Shown here: piece after piece, positions 8,534-18,735 of the stretch
How positions within the stretch are numbered: the first letter of the stretch is position 1
Layout: each line of letters opens with the position of its first letter
Assembly: GCA_028711115.1 (NCBI GenBank)
Contig: JAQTSV010000001.1
Span: 198,032-262,031 of the forward strand
Origin: Candidatus Omnitrophota bacterium
Lineage (GTDB): Bacteria > Omnitrophota > Gorgyraeia > Velamenicoccales > JABMQK01
Direction of reading: 5' to 3'
Length of the DNA stretch: 64,000 nt
Made by a program: the position numbers and the translations under genes
The notes under the pieces: model-generated
What the model was told of the DNA's origin: nothing
The model's database searches: none
The model's input: the letters and a program-made list of their open reading frames with translations, nothing else

Positions 8534-9832
8534 ATGGTTAAGGTAAAAACAAGGAAAAGAAGGGTTAACGCCGGCAAGAAATCATTTAAGGCCGACAGTG
8601 CTTCTTTACAGAAAAAACTCAAACACTTAAATATTGTTTACGACATCAGTAGAGATGTCAATGTGCTTATAGAGATGGATGAGTGTTATGAGGCCCTGGT
8701 CAAGAAATTATGCAGTGTATTTAACGCCAACATTGCCTCTTTGATGCTTATCGATAAGAAAAAGAATGAGCTCGTAATCGAAGCCGCCTCGGGCCTTAAG
8801 GCAGAGATTATAAAGCAGGCAAGGACTAAACTCGGCCAGGGCATAGCCGGCTGGGTGGCCAAGGAATTAAAACCGCTTCTAGTGAAAAATATCAATGATT
8901 TCCCTCAGTTCAGAAATAAATCCTATAAGTCCGTCACAAAATACACCACGAATTCTCTGCTCAGCGTGCCGTTGGTCATTAAAAATGAATTGGTGGGTGT
9001 GCTCAACATTACCGACAAGCGAGACAAGCAGCGTTTCAGCAAAGACGATTTGAAATTATTGGTTTCCATAGCAGACCATGCTGCGGTTTCGGTGAGAAAT
9101 TCCAAGCAGTATAAAGAATTAATCCGGCTGAATGAAATAAAGAGTAAATTTATTTCCAATCTTGCCCACGAATTGAAATCTCCGCTGGCCACAATAAAAG
9201 AAGGGATAAATCTGGTGCGCGATGGGATTTTAGGGGAAGTTAACGATAGACAGAAACAGTCGCTCTCTGTGTCCATTGAAAATATAGGCCGTTTAGTAAG
9301 GATGATAGACAATCTGTTGGATATTTCCAAGATTGAATCCGGCAATGTCAGGATGAAGAGAGAGCTTATGGATTTAAATCTCCTGTTAAAAAGGGCGGAA
9401 GAATCTTTTGTGCCGCTCGCCAATAAAAATTCTGTTAATTTAAAGTTCGTCTTGCCAAAGGCGCCGATGAATATCTGGGCGGACCACGATAAAATATTCG
9501 AGGTAATGTCCAACCTGTTGAGTAATGCCATTAAATATAATATTTCCGGAGGCAGCGTTATGGTTAGCGTTAGGGACGAAGATGGCGAAATCTTGATTTC
9601 TGTGAAAGATACCGGGCGCGGTATGGTCAGCGAGGAAATTCCCAAGATATTCGAAAGATACGGAGGTCTGGCTTTTTCTAAAGACGGCGATATTGACAGC
9701 ACAGGGCTGGGGCTATCCATATCAAAAGAGATAGTGGAATTGCACAGAGGAAGAATTGAGGTCGAGAGCGAACCGGGCAAAGGCTCAAAATTCAGCGTAT
9801 TCCTTCCCAAAGATTTGAGGTCCAGACGATAA
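8534..9832 (+). CDS. GAF-domain sensor histidine kinase
   Basis: A GAF-like region (ASLMLIDKKKNELVIEAASG...LSVPLV) is followed by the H-box SNLAHELKSPLATI, N-box NLLSNAIKY, G1 DTGRGM and G2 GLGLSI. Confidence 0.85.
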   Translation: MVKVKTRKRRVNAGKKSFKADSASLQKKLKHLNIVYDISRDVNVLIEMDECYEALVKKLCSVFNANIASLMLIDKKKNELVIEAASGLKAEIIKQARTKLGQGIAGWVAKELKPLLVKNINDFPQFRNKSYKSVTKYTTNSLLSVPLVIKNELVGVLNITDKRDKQRFSKDDLKLLVSIADHAAVSVRNSKQYKELIRLNEIKSKFISNLAHELKSPLATIKEGINLVRDGILGEVNDRQKQSLSVSIENIGRLVRMIDNLLDISKIESGNVRMKRELMDLNLLLKRAEESFVPLANKNSVNLKFVLPKAPMNIWADHDKIFEVMSNLLSNAIKYNISGGSVMVSVRDEDGEILISVKDTGRGMVSEEIPKIFERYGGLAFSKDGDIDSTGLGLSISKEIVELHRGRIEVESEPGKGSKFSVFLPKDLRSRR

Positions 9833-10375
9833 ATGGTTAAGATTGCGAGAAAAATTGTATTGATTTTATGCGCGGGGCTGATTATCTTTACAAACGGCCT
9901 TACGCTCTGCCTCTCAAAAGATTTCGATAACACAGGGCTGGATGATTTGGAGAGGTCTATGAAGAATATGGAGATGATGCAAAAACAAGACACCCTGATA
10001 AAAGAAAAAGATTTTCCTAAATATCAGTTTCCTAAACCACCTGAACAGACCTTTAAACAGGATTTAATGCCGCTCGACCAAAAAAAGAAAGATAGGGCTG
10101 CGATTAGAAATGAGCAGAGGTGGCAGGAACTGATGCATACCAAGAGAGTTGATTTGATGCAAAATTTCGAAGGCTGGTTACCCAGGATAGCCAGGGAATA
10201 CCGTTTTCTCATAGAACTTCTTATGATAGCCTTGGCTATAACTTTCTTTGGTCTTATGGCTTATCGACGCAAGATTAAGCAGCAGGAAGATAATAAAGCC
10301 AGAGAGGAAAATAAGGAAGGCACTACAAAAGAAACATATTACCACGGTTATAACAAATACAATAAAGGGTTGTGA
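9833..10375 (+). CDS. hypothetical membrane-anchored protein
   Basis: Has an N-terminal signal/TM and a C-terminal TM (LIELLMIALAITFFGLMAY). The ATG abuts the kinase stop. No family recognised. Confidence 0.3.
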   Translation: MVKIARKIVLILCAGLIIFTNGLTLCLSKDFDNTGLDDLERSMKNMEMMQKQDTLIKEKDFPKYQFPKPPEQTFKQDLMPLDQKKKDRAAIRNEQRWQELMHTKRVDLMQNFEGWLPRIAREYRFLIELLMIALAITFFGLMAYRRKIKQQEDNKAREENKEGTTKETYYHGYNKYNKGL

Positions 10376-10435
10376 TCCGCTGTTTTTAATTCTTCTTAAT
10401 TAACCCGCAATATCAACAATTACCGAAAAATAAAA

Positions 10436-10451
10436 AATGCCGAAGGTGGGA
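10436..10451. repeat. island-distal att repeat (copy of the tRNA-Leu 3' end)
   Basis: aatgccgaaggtggga is identical to 29116-29131, which is the 3' acceptor end of tRNA-Leu on the minus strand. Confidence 0.75.
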
Positions 10452-10765
10452 TTGTAAAAAACTAAATTCCACTCCAATCGTAATTTCCTCTAAATAGCAT
10501 TTCTCGTCGATTAACTTCTGTTCAATTACATTGAGTCACTTTCGATTAGGTAAGCAAAAATGTTAAAATTTCAGACTTTTTGTGCCAAATTTGTGCCAGC
10601 AGAAGTATGTTATTCGCATAGGCAGGGGTTCATGGCTTTATATATATTATTTAATTCCTTACCATTTTGGAATGGCGGAATATAATTAAAATAAAATGTT
10701 ACTCGGATTCTGTTGACTTAAATAACGTATAGGTTATATTATTATTGTAGAAGAAAGGAGCGCAA

Positions 10766-10972
10766 ATGCCTGGTATTCTTAAGCAGTTTGGTAAAAAAGT
10801 TCTTTATTACCGCAAAGGGAAGAAGTTTTCACAGGAAAAACTTGCTAAATTGGCATGTCTTCATCGCACCTACATAAGTCAAATTGAAATTGGCAAAAGG
10901 AACATTGCCCTAAGAAACATTGCTAAACTTGCTAAAGCATTGGGGGTTTCGCCTAAAGATTTACTTAAATGA
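10766..10972 (+). CDS. XRE-family helix-turn-helix regulator
   Basis: FSQEKLAKLACLHRTYISQIEIGKRNIALRNIAKLAKALGVSPKDLL is a classic HTH_3. A TTGACT-N16-TATATT promoter-like sequence lies just upstream. Confidence 0.8.
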   Translation: MPGILKQFGKKVLYYRKGKKFSQEKLAKLACLHRTYISQIEIGKRNIALRNIAKLAKALGVSPKDLLK

Positions 10973-10996
10973 TGTAAGAAAAGCAGGGTATTACAG

Positions 10997-11332
10997 ATGG
11001 AGGTTCATATGATAAAGTGTGTAGACTGTGGTAAGTTAACATTTGAGGTTGAAGGTTCAGATATGTATAAGAACAAAACCGAGGTTTTGTCAGGGTACTG
11101 CCGTAATTGCAATAAAGAGTTTACGGTTGTGAGAATAAAATCAAAAGTATTCAAAGAAGGCCAAAAAGTCAAGTATGAGGTCTACCCAGTTGGAACCGAT
11201 ATAGAAGGTATTATTACTGCAGAGGGTATACGGGCAACTGACCCGAAAATCTTAAAGGAGCTTGATAAACAAGGAATTTCCCACCTTTGTGGATATGATG
11301 AAGCATTAAACGTTAGGAAAACAAGTGATTGA
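10997..11332 (+). CDS. hypothetical zinc-ribbon protein
   Basis: CVDCGK ... CRNCNK forms a four-Cys ribbon. No family recognised. The start could be the internal MIKC. Confidence 0.35.
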   Translation: MEVHMIKCVDCGKLTFEVEGSDMYKNKTEVLSGYCRNCNKEFTVVRIKSKVFKEGQKVKYEVYPVGTDIEGIITAEGIRATDPKILKELDKQGISHLCGYDEALNVRKTSD

Positions 11333-11593
11333 TAATGTCAAAAAAATAAATGGAGAGCACATGGGTGAACAACTGGCTATGCAAAGAGAAGATTTTTAAT
11401 CATGGCCGCACGGGCAGGGATGCATAACTTTGTATATACCGAAAAACCTATATTCGTAGAGTGTAGATTGTGATATAATTATATCTGTGATACTAAGAAA
11501 ATACTTGATTTTTATAAGGGATAGGTATATAAAGATAATGACATTTAAGGTGGTACGTTTGAAGGGGGAACTGCCACGTTAATATAATTAAAA

Positions 11594-11624
11594 CCTTCGC
11601 TCACAAGGCGAGGGATTTTTTATT
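11594..11624 (+). terminator. terminator-like hairpin plus T-run directly upstream of vsr
   Basis: ccttcgc-tcacaag-gcgaggg is followed by attttttattt. It ends 12 nt before the vsr ATG and lies downstream of promoter-like TTGATT-N17-TATAAA (11505-11533). Confidence 0.45.
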
Positions 11625-11635
11625 TATGGGCATCA

Positions 11636-12055
11636 ATGGACAGAATTTCAAAAGAAGCCCGTAGCCGAAATATGGCCGCCATTAAAGGAACAAACACAAT
11701 TCCTGAAATGGCCGTAAGAAGAATGCTTTATTCTTTAGGGTACAGATACAGGCTGCACAAAAAGAATCTTCCTGGTAAGCCTGATATTTTCATAAAGAAT
11801 CGGAATGCTGCAATATTCGTGAATGGCTGTTTTTGGCATCAGCATCCGAATTGCAGATTCGCAACTAAGCCGAAAAGCAACAGAAGATTCTGGATGCAGA
11901 AATTAAAGAAAAACATAAAGCGCGACAGAGAAAATCTTATAAGTCTCAAAGAGCTAGGCTATAAGATCATCTCGATCTGGGAATGTGAAATCGGCAAACA
12001 GTCAATCGGCATGAATCAAAGGCTCGTGAAGAGATTAATAAGATCGTTAGGGTAA
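11636..12055 (+). CDS. vsr: very-short-patch repair endonuclease
   Basis: Carries SRNMAAIKGTNTIPEMAVRR, GKPDIFI and FVNGCFWHQH. Length of 139 aa fits. Confidence 0.9.
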   Translation: MDRISKEARSRNMAAIKGTNTIPEMAVRRMLYSLGYRYRLHKKNLPGKPDIFIKNRNAAIFVNGCFWHQHPNCRFATKPKSNRRFWMQKLKKNIKRDRENLISLKELGYKIISIWECEIGKQSIGMNQRLVKRLIRSLG

Positions 12056-12060
12056 AAGTT

Positions 12061-13155
12061 ATGGAGAAAGCCAATCTTAATGTGGTCGATTTGTTCTGCG
12101 GATGCGGCGGATTGTCGCTTGGGTTTATAGAAGCGGGATATAATGTAATTTTGGGAGTTGACAACGACCCCGCAGCTCTGGAGACATTTAAAGCTAATCA
12201 TAACGGAGCTGAAGCATGGAATACAGATCTTTCTGATAATTCATTTTTAAAAGAAATGTATAGGGCCACAAAGGATAAGAAGATAGATGTAATAATAGCT
12301 GGTCCACCGTGTCAGGGGTTTTCTCTTACCGGACTACGTAATTTTGATGATAAGAGAAATGTTCTTTATCTGGCAGTTATTGCCGCAGTAAAAAAGATAA
12401 AACCGAAAGCTTTTCTTATCGAGAATGTGCCTGGATTGGCAGCTCTTTACGGCGGTCAGGTTAAGGATGAAATTATCAGACGTCTTAAAGATGTGGGGTA
12501 CAATGTGACAATGGATATTCTTTGTGCCGCTGATTACGGCGTGCCGCAGATGCGGAAGCGGGTTTTCTTTGTAGGAATGGAAAAAAGTCTGGGACAGTTT
12601 GAGTTTCCACCAAAAACGCATTTACCGGATAATTATGTTACCTGCGCGGATGCAATCAGTGATCTGCCGAGCAGAGAAGATGAATCGGGAGAGGAAGAGG
12701 ATGATTACGAAAGTCCTCCGCTTACTTCTTATCAGAGAGAACTGCGAAGTAACTGCAGGAAATTGTATAATCATACAGCTACAAACCATACGGAAATTGT
12801 AAAAAATGTTATTAAGCTTGTTCCAGAGGGAGGCGATTACAGAGACCTGCCTAAGGGGGTTGGCGAGCACAGGAAATTCAATGAAGCATGGACCCGTTAT
12901 CACGGCAATAGGCCTTCGCATACAATTGACACCGGCCACCGCAACCACTTTCATTATAAGTACAACAGGGTCCCAACCGTAAGAGAGAATGCTCGCTTAC
13001 AGTCTTTTCCGGATTCTTTTGTTTTCTGCGGAACAAGAACACAACAGAACAGACAAGTTGGTAATGCTGTGCCTCCATTAATGGGATATTATCTTGGCAA
13101 GCAGCTTTTTAGTTATATAAGACAGGAACAGGAATTAGTCTATGGCAAAATATAA
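12061..13155 (+). CDS. DNA (cytosine-5) methyltransferase, M1
   Basis: Motif I DLFCGCGGLSLGF, IV GPPCQGFS, VI ENVPGL, VIII QMRKRVFFVG, IX RENARLQSFPDSF, X GNAVPPLM. Confidence 0.9.
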   Translation: MEKANLNVVDLFCGCGGLSLGFIEAGYNVILGVDNDPAALETFKANHNGAEAWNTDLSDNSFLKEMYRATKDKKIDVIIAGPPCQGFSLTGLRNFDDKRNVLYLAVIAAVKKIKPKAFLIENVPGLAALYGGQVKDEIIRRLKDVGYNVTMDILCAADYGVPQMRKRVFFVGMEKSLGQFEFPPKTHLPDNYVTCADAISDLPSREDESGEEEDDYESPPLTSYQRELRSNCRKLYNHTATNHTEIVKNVIKLVPEGGDYRDLPKGVGEHRKFNEAWTRYHGNRPSHTIDTGHRNHFHYKYNRVPTVRENARLQSFPDSFVFCGTRTQQNRQVGNAVPPLMGYYLGKQLFSYIRQEQELVYGKI

Positions 13156-14377
13156 AATTATAGATCTTTTTGCAGGATGCGGGGGTCTGTGTGATGGGTT
13201 TGAACAGACCGGATTTTTTTATCAGGTTGCCTGTGTGGAATGGGAAAAAGCTCCAAGGGATACACTTGTCAGACGCCTAGAAGACAGATGGGGATATGCA
13301 GATGCACAATATCGCGTAGCCCGCTTTGATATTCAGCGGACAGATGAATTATTCAGGGGCTGGACAAAAGATTCTGTTTATGGTGACGGGGTCGGATTGG
13401 ACAAGCTTGTGGCAAAGAGCGGACATATTGACCTGATTGTAGGTGGTCCTCCATGTCAGGCATATTCCATAGCCGGTAGGATTAGAGATGAAAACGGTAT
13501 GCAGAATGACTACAGGAATTATCTTTTTGAGTGTTATCTGAAGGTCGTTGACAGATACAAGCCAAAAGCATTTGTTTTTGAAAATGTTACAGGCATATTA
13601 AGCGCCCGTCCGCACGGAATCAATATAATTGAAAGAATCAGGCAGACATTCCTTGACCATGGCTATGAACTGATTAATAATATCAGTAATAATGCCATTG
13701 TAGATCTTGTCCATTTTGGAGTTCCGCAGAAAAGATCGCGTGTAATTTTACTTGGCCTAAATCGTTCAAAATTCACTGGAGACAGGCAAAAAGCTTTATC
13801 TGAATTCTACAACGATATTCTGCCCGCTTACCGATCGGACAAAGTATCTACAGTCCGTGATGCGATTGGAAATCTGCCGGCCCTACGTCCGGTGAAAGGC
13901 TCATATAAGGTTAATAATCGTCTCTATTCCCATAAGCCTGACAGCACTGATATTCTGAATCATTATCCACGGTATCATAATTCCAGAGACAGGAAAATAT
14001 TTTATGAACTTGCTGCAGATCTGGATTCGGGTAAAAACCACTATGTATCTGTTGAAGCAATTAAGCAGCTATATGCAGAAAGAACCGGCCGGACCTCAAG
14101 CGTGCATAAGTATTACGTATTACGTCGAAATGAACCTAGCAATACAATTCCGGCCCATTTATACAAGGACGGTCTGCGGCACGTTCACTATGATCCCAAA
14201 CAGGCCAGATCAATTACCGTAAGAGAGGCTGCCCGGCTTCAGACTTTTGATGATGATTTTGAATTCCTGGGCAGCATGGGAGATCAGTATAAAATGATAG
14301 GCAATGCTGTACCGCCGCTGTTTTCAAAAAGATTAGGTTATGCTGTAAAAGATCTGCTTCATAAATATAAACTATAG
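13142..14377 (+). CDS. DNA (cytosine-5) methyltransferase, M2
   Basis: Carries DLFAGCGGLCDGF, GGPPCQAYS, ENVTGI, QKRSRVILLG, REAARLQTFDDDF and GNAVPPLF. It overlaps M1 by 14 nt. Confidence 0.9.
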   Translation: MAKYKIIDLFAGCGGLCDGFEQTGFFYQVACVEWEKAPRDTLVRRLEDRWGYADAQYRVARFDIQRTDELFRGWTKDSVYGDGVGLDKLVAKSGHIDLIVGGPPCQAYSIAGRIRDENGMQNDYRNYLFECYLKVVDRYKPKAFVFENVTGILSARPHGINIIERIRQTFLDHGYELINNISNNAIVDLVHFGVPQKRSRVILLGLNRSKFTGDRQKALSEFYNDILPAYRSDKVSTVRDAIGNLPALRPVKGSYKVNNRLYSHKPDSTDILNHYPRYHNSRDRKIFYELAADLDSGKNHYVSVEAIKQLYAERTGRTSSVHKYYVLRRNEPSNTIPAHLYKDGLRHVHYDPKQARSITVREAARLQTFDDDFEFLGSMGDQYKMIGNAVPPLFSKRLGYAVKDLLHKYKL

Positions 14378-14390
14378 GAAGGGGAACAAT

Positions 14391-15389
14391 ATGACTACAG
14401 AGTATGTTTATATAAGAAAACTTAATGCTCAGGAATTGGGTTTTAGAAAAGGCGAACCTAAAAAAGCCGGCCGCTATATTTATGTTTCGAAAGAATATCT
14501 GTCGTTTTTTCCTCCGCTGAGTACGGTTATCAGAAATGACCATGTGATAATTGATCTTATTCCTCCCGCCCTGAACCATGTTGTATTAACAAGCTTTGTG
14601 TATCACAATGATAAAATTATTGATAATAAACCTAATGGCAGGGACGAATTCAGGATATATCTTAATGAGGCAACTGATCCAGGAAGAAACTATTTTCAGC
14701 CTGAGGATATTATTGTTATTCACCGGTTTGAAACAGAAAACGGTAAAGTGGCATACAGGATGTATTGTTTTCCGGCGGCAAGAAAAGGTACAGAATACGG
14801 TCTTCTGGAAAAACTGCTTGAAGATAAAGGAATTCATGAATCTCATGCCCTGTTGCCTATATCCGCCATCCCATTTCTGAAGATCAGTCGGAATATCGAT
14901 GGTTCAATCGTGGTTGTTCCTGAGGAAGTGAAAGAAGCTGTACTTGAAGAAGAAGTCAGCCTCATTTCTGAAGAAGAAATGAAGAAGGAATTTGAATTTA
15001 CAAGCCTTATCCGGGAATCCGCTTTTAGAGACCTGCTTTTATATTTCTATGATTTCAGATGCGCGGTCACAGGTACAATAATAAGATACGATAGTCTTAA
15101 TAACCTGGAAGCCGCTCATATTATACCTGATGAATTACGGGGTCCGGCACATCCTAAAAACGGATTGCCTTTAAGTCGAGATATGCACTGGGCTTTTGAT
15201 AAAGGTTTTTTTACGCTTAATGACACATATGAGATTGTTGTTCATGAGAAAGTAATAAATAATGAGGTTTTATCTAAGATTCATGGCAAGAAGATCATTT
15301 TACCGGAAGATTCCAGAGCCAGGCCTAGCAGTTTTTCGTTAAACTGGCATAAAGATAATGTATTTGGTGTATTTATCAAATCGATTTAA
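14391..15389 (+). CDS. putative restriction endonuclease with C-terminal HNH nuclease domain
   Basis: CAVTG...LEAAHIIPDELRGPAHPKNGLPLSRDMHWAFDKGFF is an HNH (HNH_2-like) motif. The gene starts 14 nt after M2 in the same operon. Confidence 0.7.
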   Translation: MTTEYVYIRKLNAQELGFRKGEPKKAGRYIYVSKEYLSFFPPLSTVIRNDHVIIDLIPPALNHVVLTSFVYHNDKIIDNKPNGRDEFRIYLNEATDPGRNYFQPEDIIVIHRFETENGKVAYRMYCFPAARKGTEYGLLEKLLEDKGIHESHALLPISAIPFLKISRNIDGSIVVVPEEVKEAVLEEEVSLISEEEMKKEFEFTSLIRESAFRDLLLYFYDFRCAVTGTIIRYDSLNNLEAAHIIPDELRGPAHPKNGLPLSRDMHWAFDKGFFTLNDTYEIVVHEKVINNEVLSKIHGKKIILPEDSRARPSSFSLNWHKDNVFGVFIKSI

Positions 15390-15452
15390 TGAGAGTTCGC
15401 TTGTAAAAATTTAAAATTCTAGATGGTTACGATCTAAAAGGAGTCTAATAAT

Positions 15453-16694
15453 ATGAGTACGGAAAGCCCAAGACACGATCCCAGAGAAATAATTCGTGGT
15501 TTTCAGAATTTACTTTCTTCGCCTGCAAAGTCTGTTGGTTTCTTTGCCGGAGCAGGAACATCAATGTCGGTAAAGGACCCAACATCAAAAAAAGCAATTA
15601 TTCCCGGTATTAACGAATTGACCGATACCGTGGAGAGCCAACTATCGACTGGAAAGTTTAAAGAGTGCTATAAGCTTATAAAACAAGAACTCAACAGTAG
15701 TAAACAACCTTCTCAGATTGAATATATACTTTCAAATATACGCCTTAAGGCTCAGGTTGTTGGTCCAGAAACTTTATGTGGTTTGAATCAGCAAGGCTTT
15801 ATAGACTTGGAGACAGAAATTACTGCAAAAATAGAGAATCTGGTTTCTCCTGAGATTCCACAAGATATAATTCACCAAAAATTTGCAAAATGGATACGCA
15901 ATGCTAATAGAAGAAAGGCAATAGAAATATTTACAACAAACTATGATTACTTGTTTGAAGTCGGTTTTGAAAGAGAGAAAGTTCCATATTTTGATGGGTT
16001 CGTTGGGAGTCATAGCCCATTTTTTTACCCTACAGCGGTGTCGGAAAATGATTTACCAATTGATTGGGTGCGCTTATGGAAGGTCCATGGATCTCTCGGA
16101 TGGCGATTTGATAAAAAACAAAAACGAATAATTCGTGAAAAAGTTAAAGGAAGTTTAATGGTTTTTCCGTCTTTGCTAAAATATGACGACTCTAGGAAAC
16201 AGCCATATGTGAGCTTTATAGATCGGTTGGCCAATTTTTTACGAGAGGACGATAGTTTCTTAATAATTTGTGGTTATGGATTTGGCGATCAACACCTTAA
16301 CGATACCATTATTCATGCATTGTCTAGAACGTCTAGATCTGCAGTTTACGCATTTCTTCATGATGATGCTACCGAAGATGATCCCGCAGTTAAATTAGCC
16401 AAATACGAATCCCGTTTGACATTAATGGCAAAAAACTCAGCAGTAATAGGTGGCGTGTACGGATTATGGAAATTGAATAGAGAGCCTTCAGTATCAGATA
16501 GTATTCAGATTAGTTCTTATTTTGACGAAGACGCTATTCCAGCAAATCCGGTTACGCCCGCCAAGGGGAATGATAAAAAAATAACTATTGATGAAATCCA
16601 TTGGGAAGGTAAAGGTATCTTAAAATTGGGGGATTTTTCGAAACTTGTGGATTTTTTAAATCTGATGCTCCCCAAAGCAATGCTTGAGGAATAA
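15453..16694 (+). CDS. SIR2-like (SIR2_2 family) protein, defence-type
   Basis: Carries FFAGAGTSMS, IFTTNYDYLFE, WKVHGSLGW and ICGYGFGDQHLN. AAGGAG RBS is present. HerA follows 2 nt downstream. Confidence 0.8.
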   Translation: MSTESPRHDPREIIRGFQNLLSSPAKSVGFFAGAGTSMSVKDPTSKKAIIPGINELTDTVESQLSTGKFKECYKLIKQELNSSKQPSQIEYILSNIRLKAQVVGPETLCGLNQQGFIDLETEITAKIENLVSPEIPQDIIHQKFAKWIRNANRRKAIEIFTTNYDYLFEVGFEREKVPYFDGFVGSHSPFFYPTAVSENDLPIDWVRLWKVHGSLGWRFDKKQKRIIREKVKGSLMVFPSLLKYDDSRKQPYVSFIDRLANFLREDDSFLIICGYGFGDQHLNDTIIHALSRTSRSAVYAFLHDDATEDDPAVKLAKYESRLTLMAKNSAVIGGVYGLWKLNREPSVSDSIQISSYFDEDAIPANPVTPAKGNDKKITIDEIHWEGKGILKLGDFSKLVDFLNLMLPKAMLEE

Positions 16695-16696
16695 AA

Positions 16697-18502
16697 ATGC
16701 TCCGTAATGATACAATTATAGGCTCAGTAGAAAGCGTTTTAGGAAATCGTATATCAATTTTGATTGATACCGATCGTCTTCCGTCTAATGTTCCAGTTAT
16801 TGATGGGCGTGTATATCGTGTCGGGCAAATAGGATCATTCTTAAGAGTTCCGGTTGGTTATATCGATCTCTATGGAGTAGTTACTCAGGCAGGGGCAGAT
16901 GCGATACCTGAAAAGCTACGAGATACAGATGATCCAGACAAGCTTAAAAAACAAGCCAGAAATTGGCTGACAATGGTTTTAGTTGGAGAAAGAATTGGCG
17001 ATCATTTTGAGCGTGGTGTAAGTCAATCGCCGGTTGCTGGGGATCAAGTTCATCTCGTTACGATCGATGATTTAAAGATTATTTACGGAAACATGGATGA
17101 TAAAACCTCTATATCGATCGGCCAGATTAGTGCATCTGAGAGCTTATCCGCAAGACTAGATATAGATAAACTAGTAACGAGGCATGTTGCGCTTCTTGGT
17201 TCCACGGGAAGTGGAAAATCCAATGCTGTAACGGTGTTTCTTTGTGAAATAGCTAAAGGTAAATTCCCATCGGCACGCATACTATTAATAGATCCTCATG
17301 GAGAGTATGGTACGGCTTTAGGGAGGTATGCCAGAGTATTTAAGATTAACGCTGATGTGCAGAACGGCGAATACCCGTTATTTATTCCTTATTGGGCGTT
17401 ACCTTTTGGGGAGTTATTAAAAACATTCGTAGGCGTACTTACAGATCCTCAGGAAGAGTATGTAAGAGAAAAGATTTTTTCAAAAAAATTAGAGGCCAGT
17501 AAACTTTTATCCTCTCCTCCTGAAGAAGCGGCGCTGAGCGCAGACAGTCCCATACCTTTTAGCCTAAAAGAACTGTGGTATCAATTAGATCGTTTTGAAC
17601 GTCTTACTATTAATAGAGGAGCAAACGGAGTTATTACCGAAGCATTGATAAAAGAAGGTGATTCTGATTCTCTGGTTAGCGCACAATTTGAACCTCATTC
17701 AACCACAAACACGAATCCTTATTTAAATAACCAAGCCAAAGGAATTCTACGTTACCTTAACAATATTAGAAATCGGCTAGTTGATCAGCGATTTAATTTT
17801 TTCTTTCATTCGGGTGAATGGGAGCCTGCAAAGGATGGAAAGATAAAGAAAGATTTAGATGCCCTTTTAATAGATTGGTTAGCTCACGATAGACCTATTA
17901 CCGTATTGGATTTATCAGGAGTACCTCCTGAAATTACTGCAATTGTATCAGGCGCTGTTATTCGTATTGCCTATGATGCATTGTTTTGGGCACAAGATTT
18001 GCCAATTGGCGGTAGAAAGCAACCGTTGCTAATGGTATTAGAAGAGGCTCATATGTATTTACAAGCTGGGGAAGAATCCGTCGCTTCTACTTCTGTGAGA
18101 AGCATTGCAAAAGAGGGCCGAAAATATGGCCTAGGGTTAATGCTAGTAACTCAAAGACCATCCGAACTTGATCCCACAGTTCTTAGTCAATGCGGAACCA
18201 CAATCGCATTACGCATGACTAACGGACAAGATAGAGGGCATGTCTCATCCGCGGTTCAGGACGACCTATCAGACATGTTAGCTCTCATACCAAGTTTGCG
18301 AACTGGAGAAGCTTTAATCTTTGGGGAAGCCGTAAAGATTCCATCGCGCGTAAGAATCGACGCTGCTACAAAAGCACCAAGAAGCGAGGATCCCAAAGTC
18401 TCGATGGCATGGGCACAGACTCCGCCATCAGCCGACTATTATAAACAGGCAATCGATCTTTGGCGCAATGGTAGATTTAGCATTGAAAAGAAGGAGAAAT
18501 AA
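16697..18502 (+). CDS. HerA-like (DUF87) ATPase
   Basis: Has an N-terminal HAS-barrel-like region, Walker A LLGSTGSGKSNAV, Walker B LLMVLEEAH, and RKYGLGLMLVTQRPSEL. Confidence 0.85.
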   Translation: MLRNDTIIGSVESVLGNRISILIDTDRLPSNVPVIDGRVYRVGQIGSFLRVPVGYIDLYGVVTQAGADAIPEKLRDTDDPDKLKKQARNWLTMVLVGERIGDHFERGVSQSPVAGDQVHLVTIDDLKIIYGNMDDKTSISIGQISASESLSARLDIDKLVTRHVALLGSTGSGKSNAVTVFLCEIAKGKFPSARILLIDPHGEYGTALGRYARVFKINADVQNGEYPLFIPYWALPFGELLKTFVGVLTDPQEEYVREKIFSKKLEASKLLSSPPEEAALSADSPIPFSLKELWYQLDRFERLTINRGANGVITEALIKEGDSDSLVSAQFEPHSTTNTNPYLNNQAKGILRYLNNIRNRLVDQRFNFFFHSGEWEPAKDGKIKKDLDALLIDWLAHDRPITVLDLSGVPPEITAIVSGAVIRIAYDALFWAQDLPIGGRKQPLLMVLEEAHMYLQAGEESVASTSVRSIAKEGRKYGLGLMLVTQRPSELDPTVLSQCGTTIALRMTNGQDRGHVSSAVQDDLSDMLALIPSLRTGEALIFGEAVKIPSRVRIDAATKAPRSEDPKVSMAWAQTPPSADYYKQAIDLWRNGRFSIEKKEK

Positions 18503-18507
18503 TAATT

Positions 18508-18720
18508 ATGGATATGAAGCCAGTGGCCTCCTCCAATATTCAGGCGGTCGGATATGATGAATCCACAGAAACCATGCGGGTGCAATTTAATAATAGTTCA
18601 GTATACGAGTATCATAATATACCTTTAATTGTATATAATGATTTTATGCAAGCAAGTTCATTAGGGGCTTATTTAAATAGAAATATTCGAAATAACTATT
18701 CATACGAAAAGATAGCATGA
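18508..18720 (+). CDS. KTSC domain protein
   Basis: PVASSNIQAVGYDESTETMRVQFNNSSVYEYHNIPLIVYNDFMQASSLGAYLNRNIRNNY matches my memory of the KTSC domain pattern. It starts 5 nt after herA. Confidence 0.7.
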   Translation: MDMKPVASSNIQAVGYDESTETMRVQFNNSSVYEYHNIPLIVYNDFMQASSLGAYLNRNIRNNYSYEKIA

Positions 18721-18735
18721 TTTCTTAGGTATACG

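Noticed and set aside
8923-9993. 356-aa minus-strand ORF
   Set aside because: It lies entirely antisense to the well-supported GAF histidine kinase, which has H, N, G1 and G2 boxes. It is a Ser/Leu/Ile-rich shadow frame with no motifs.
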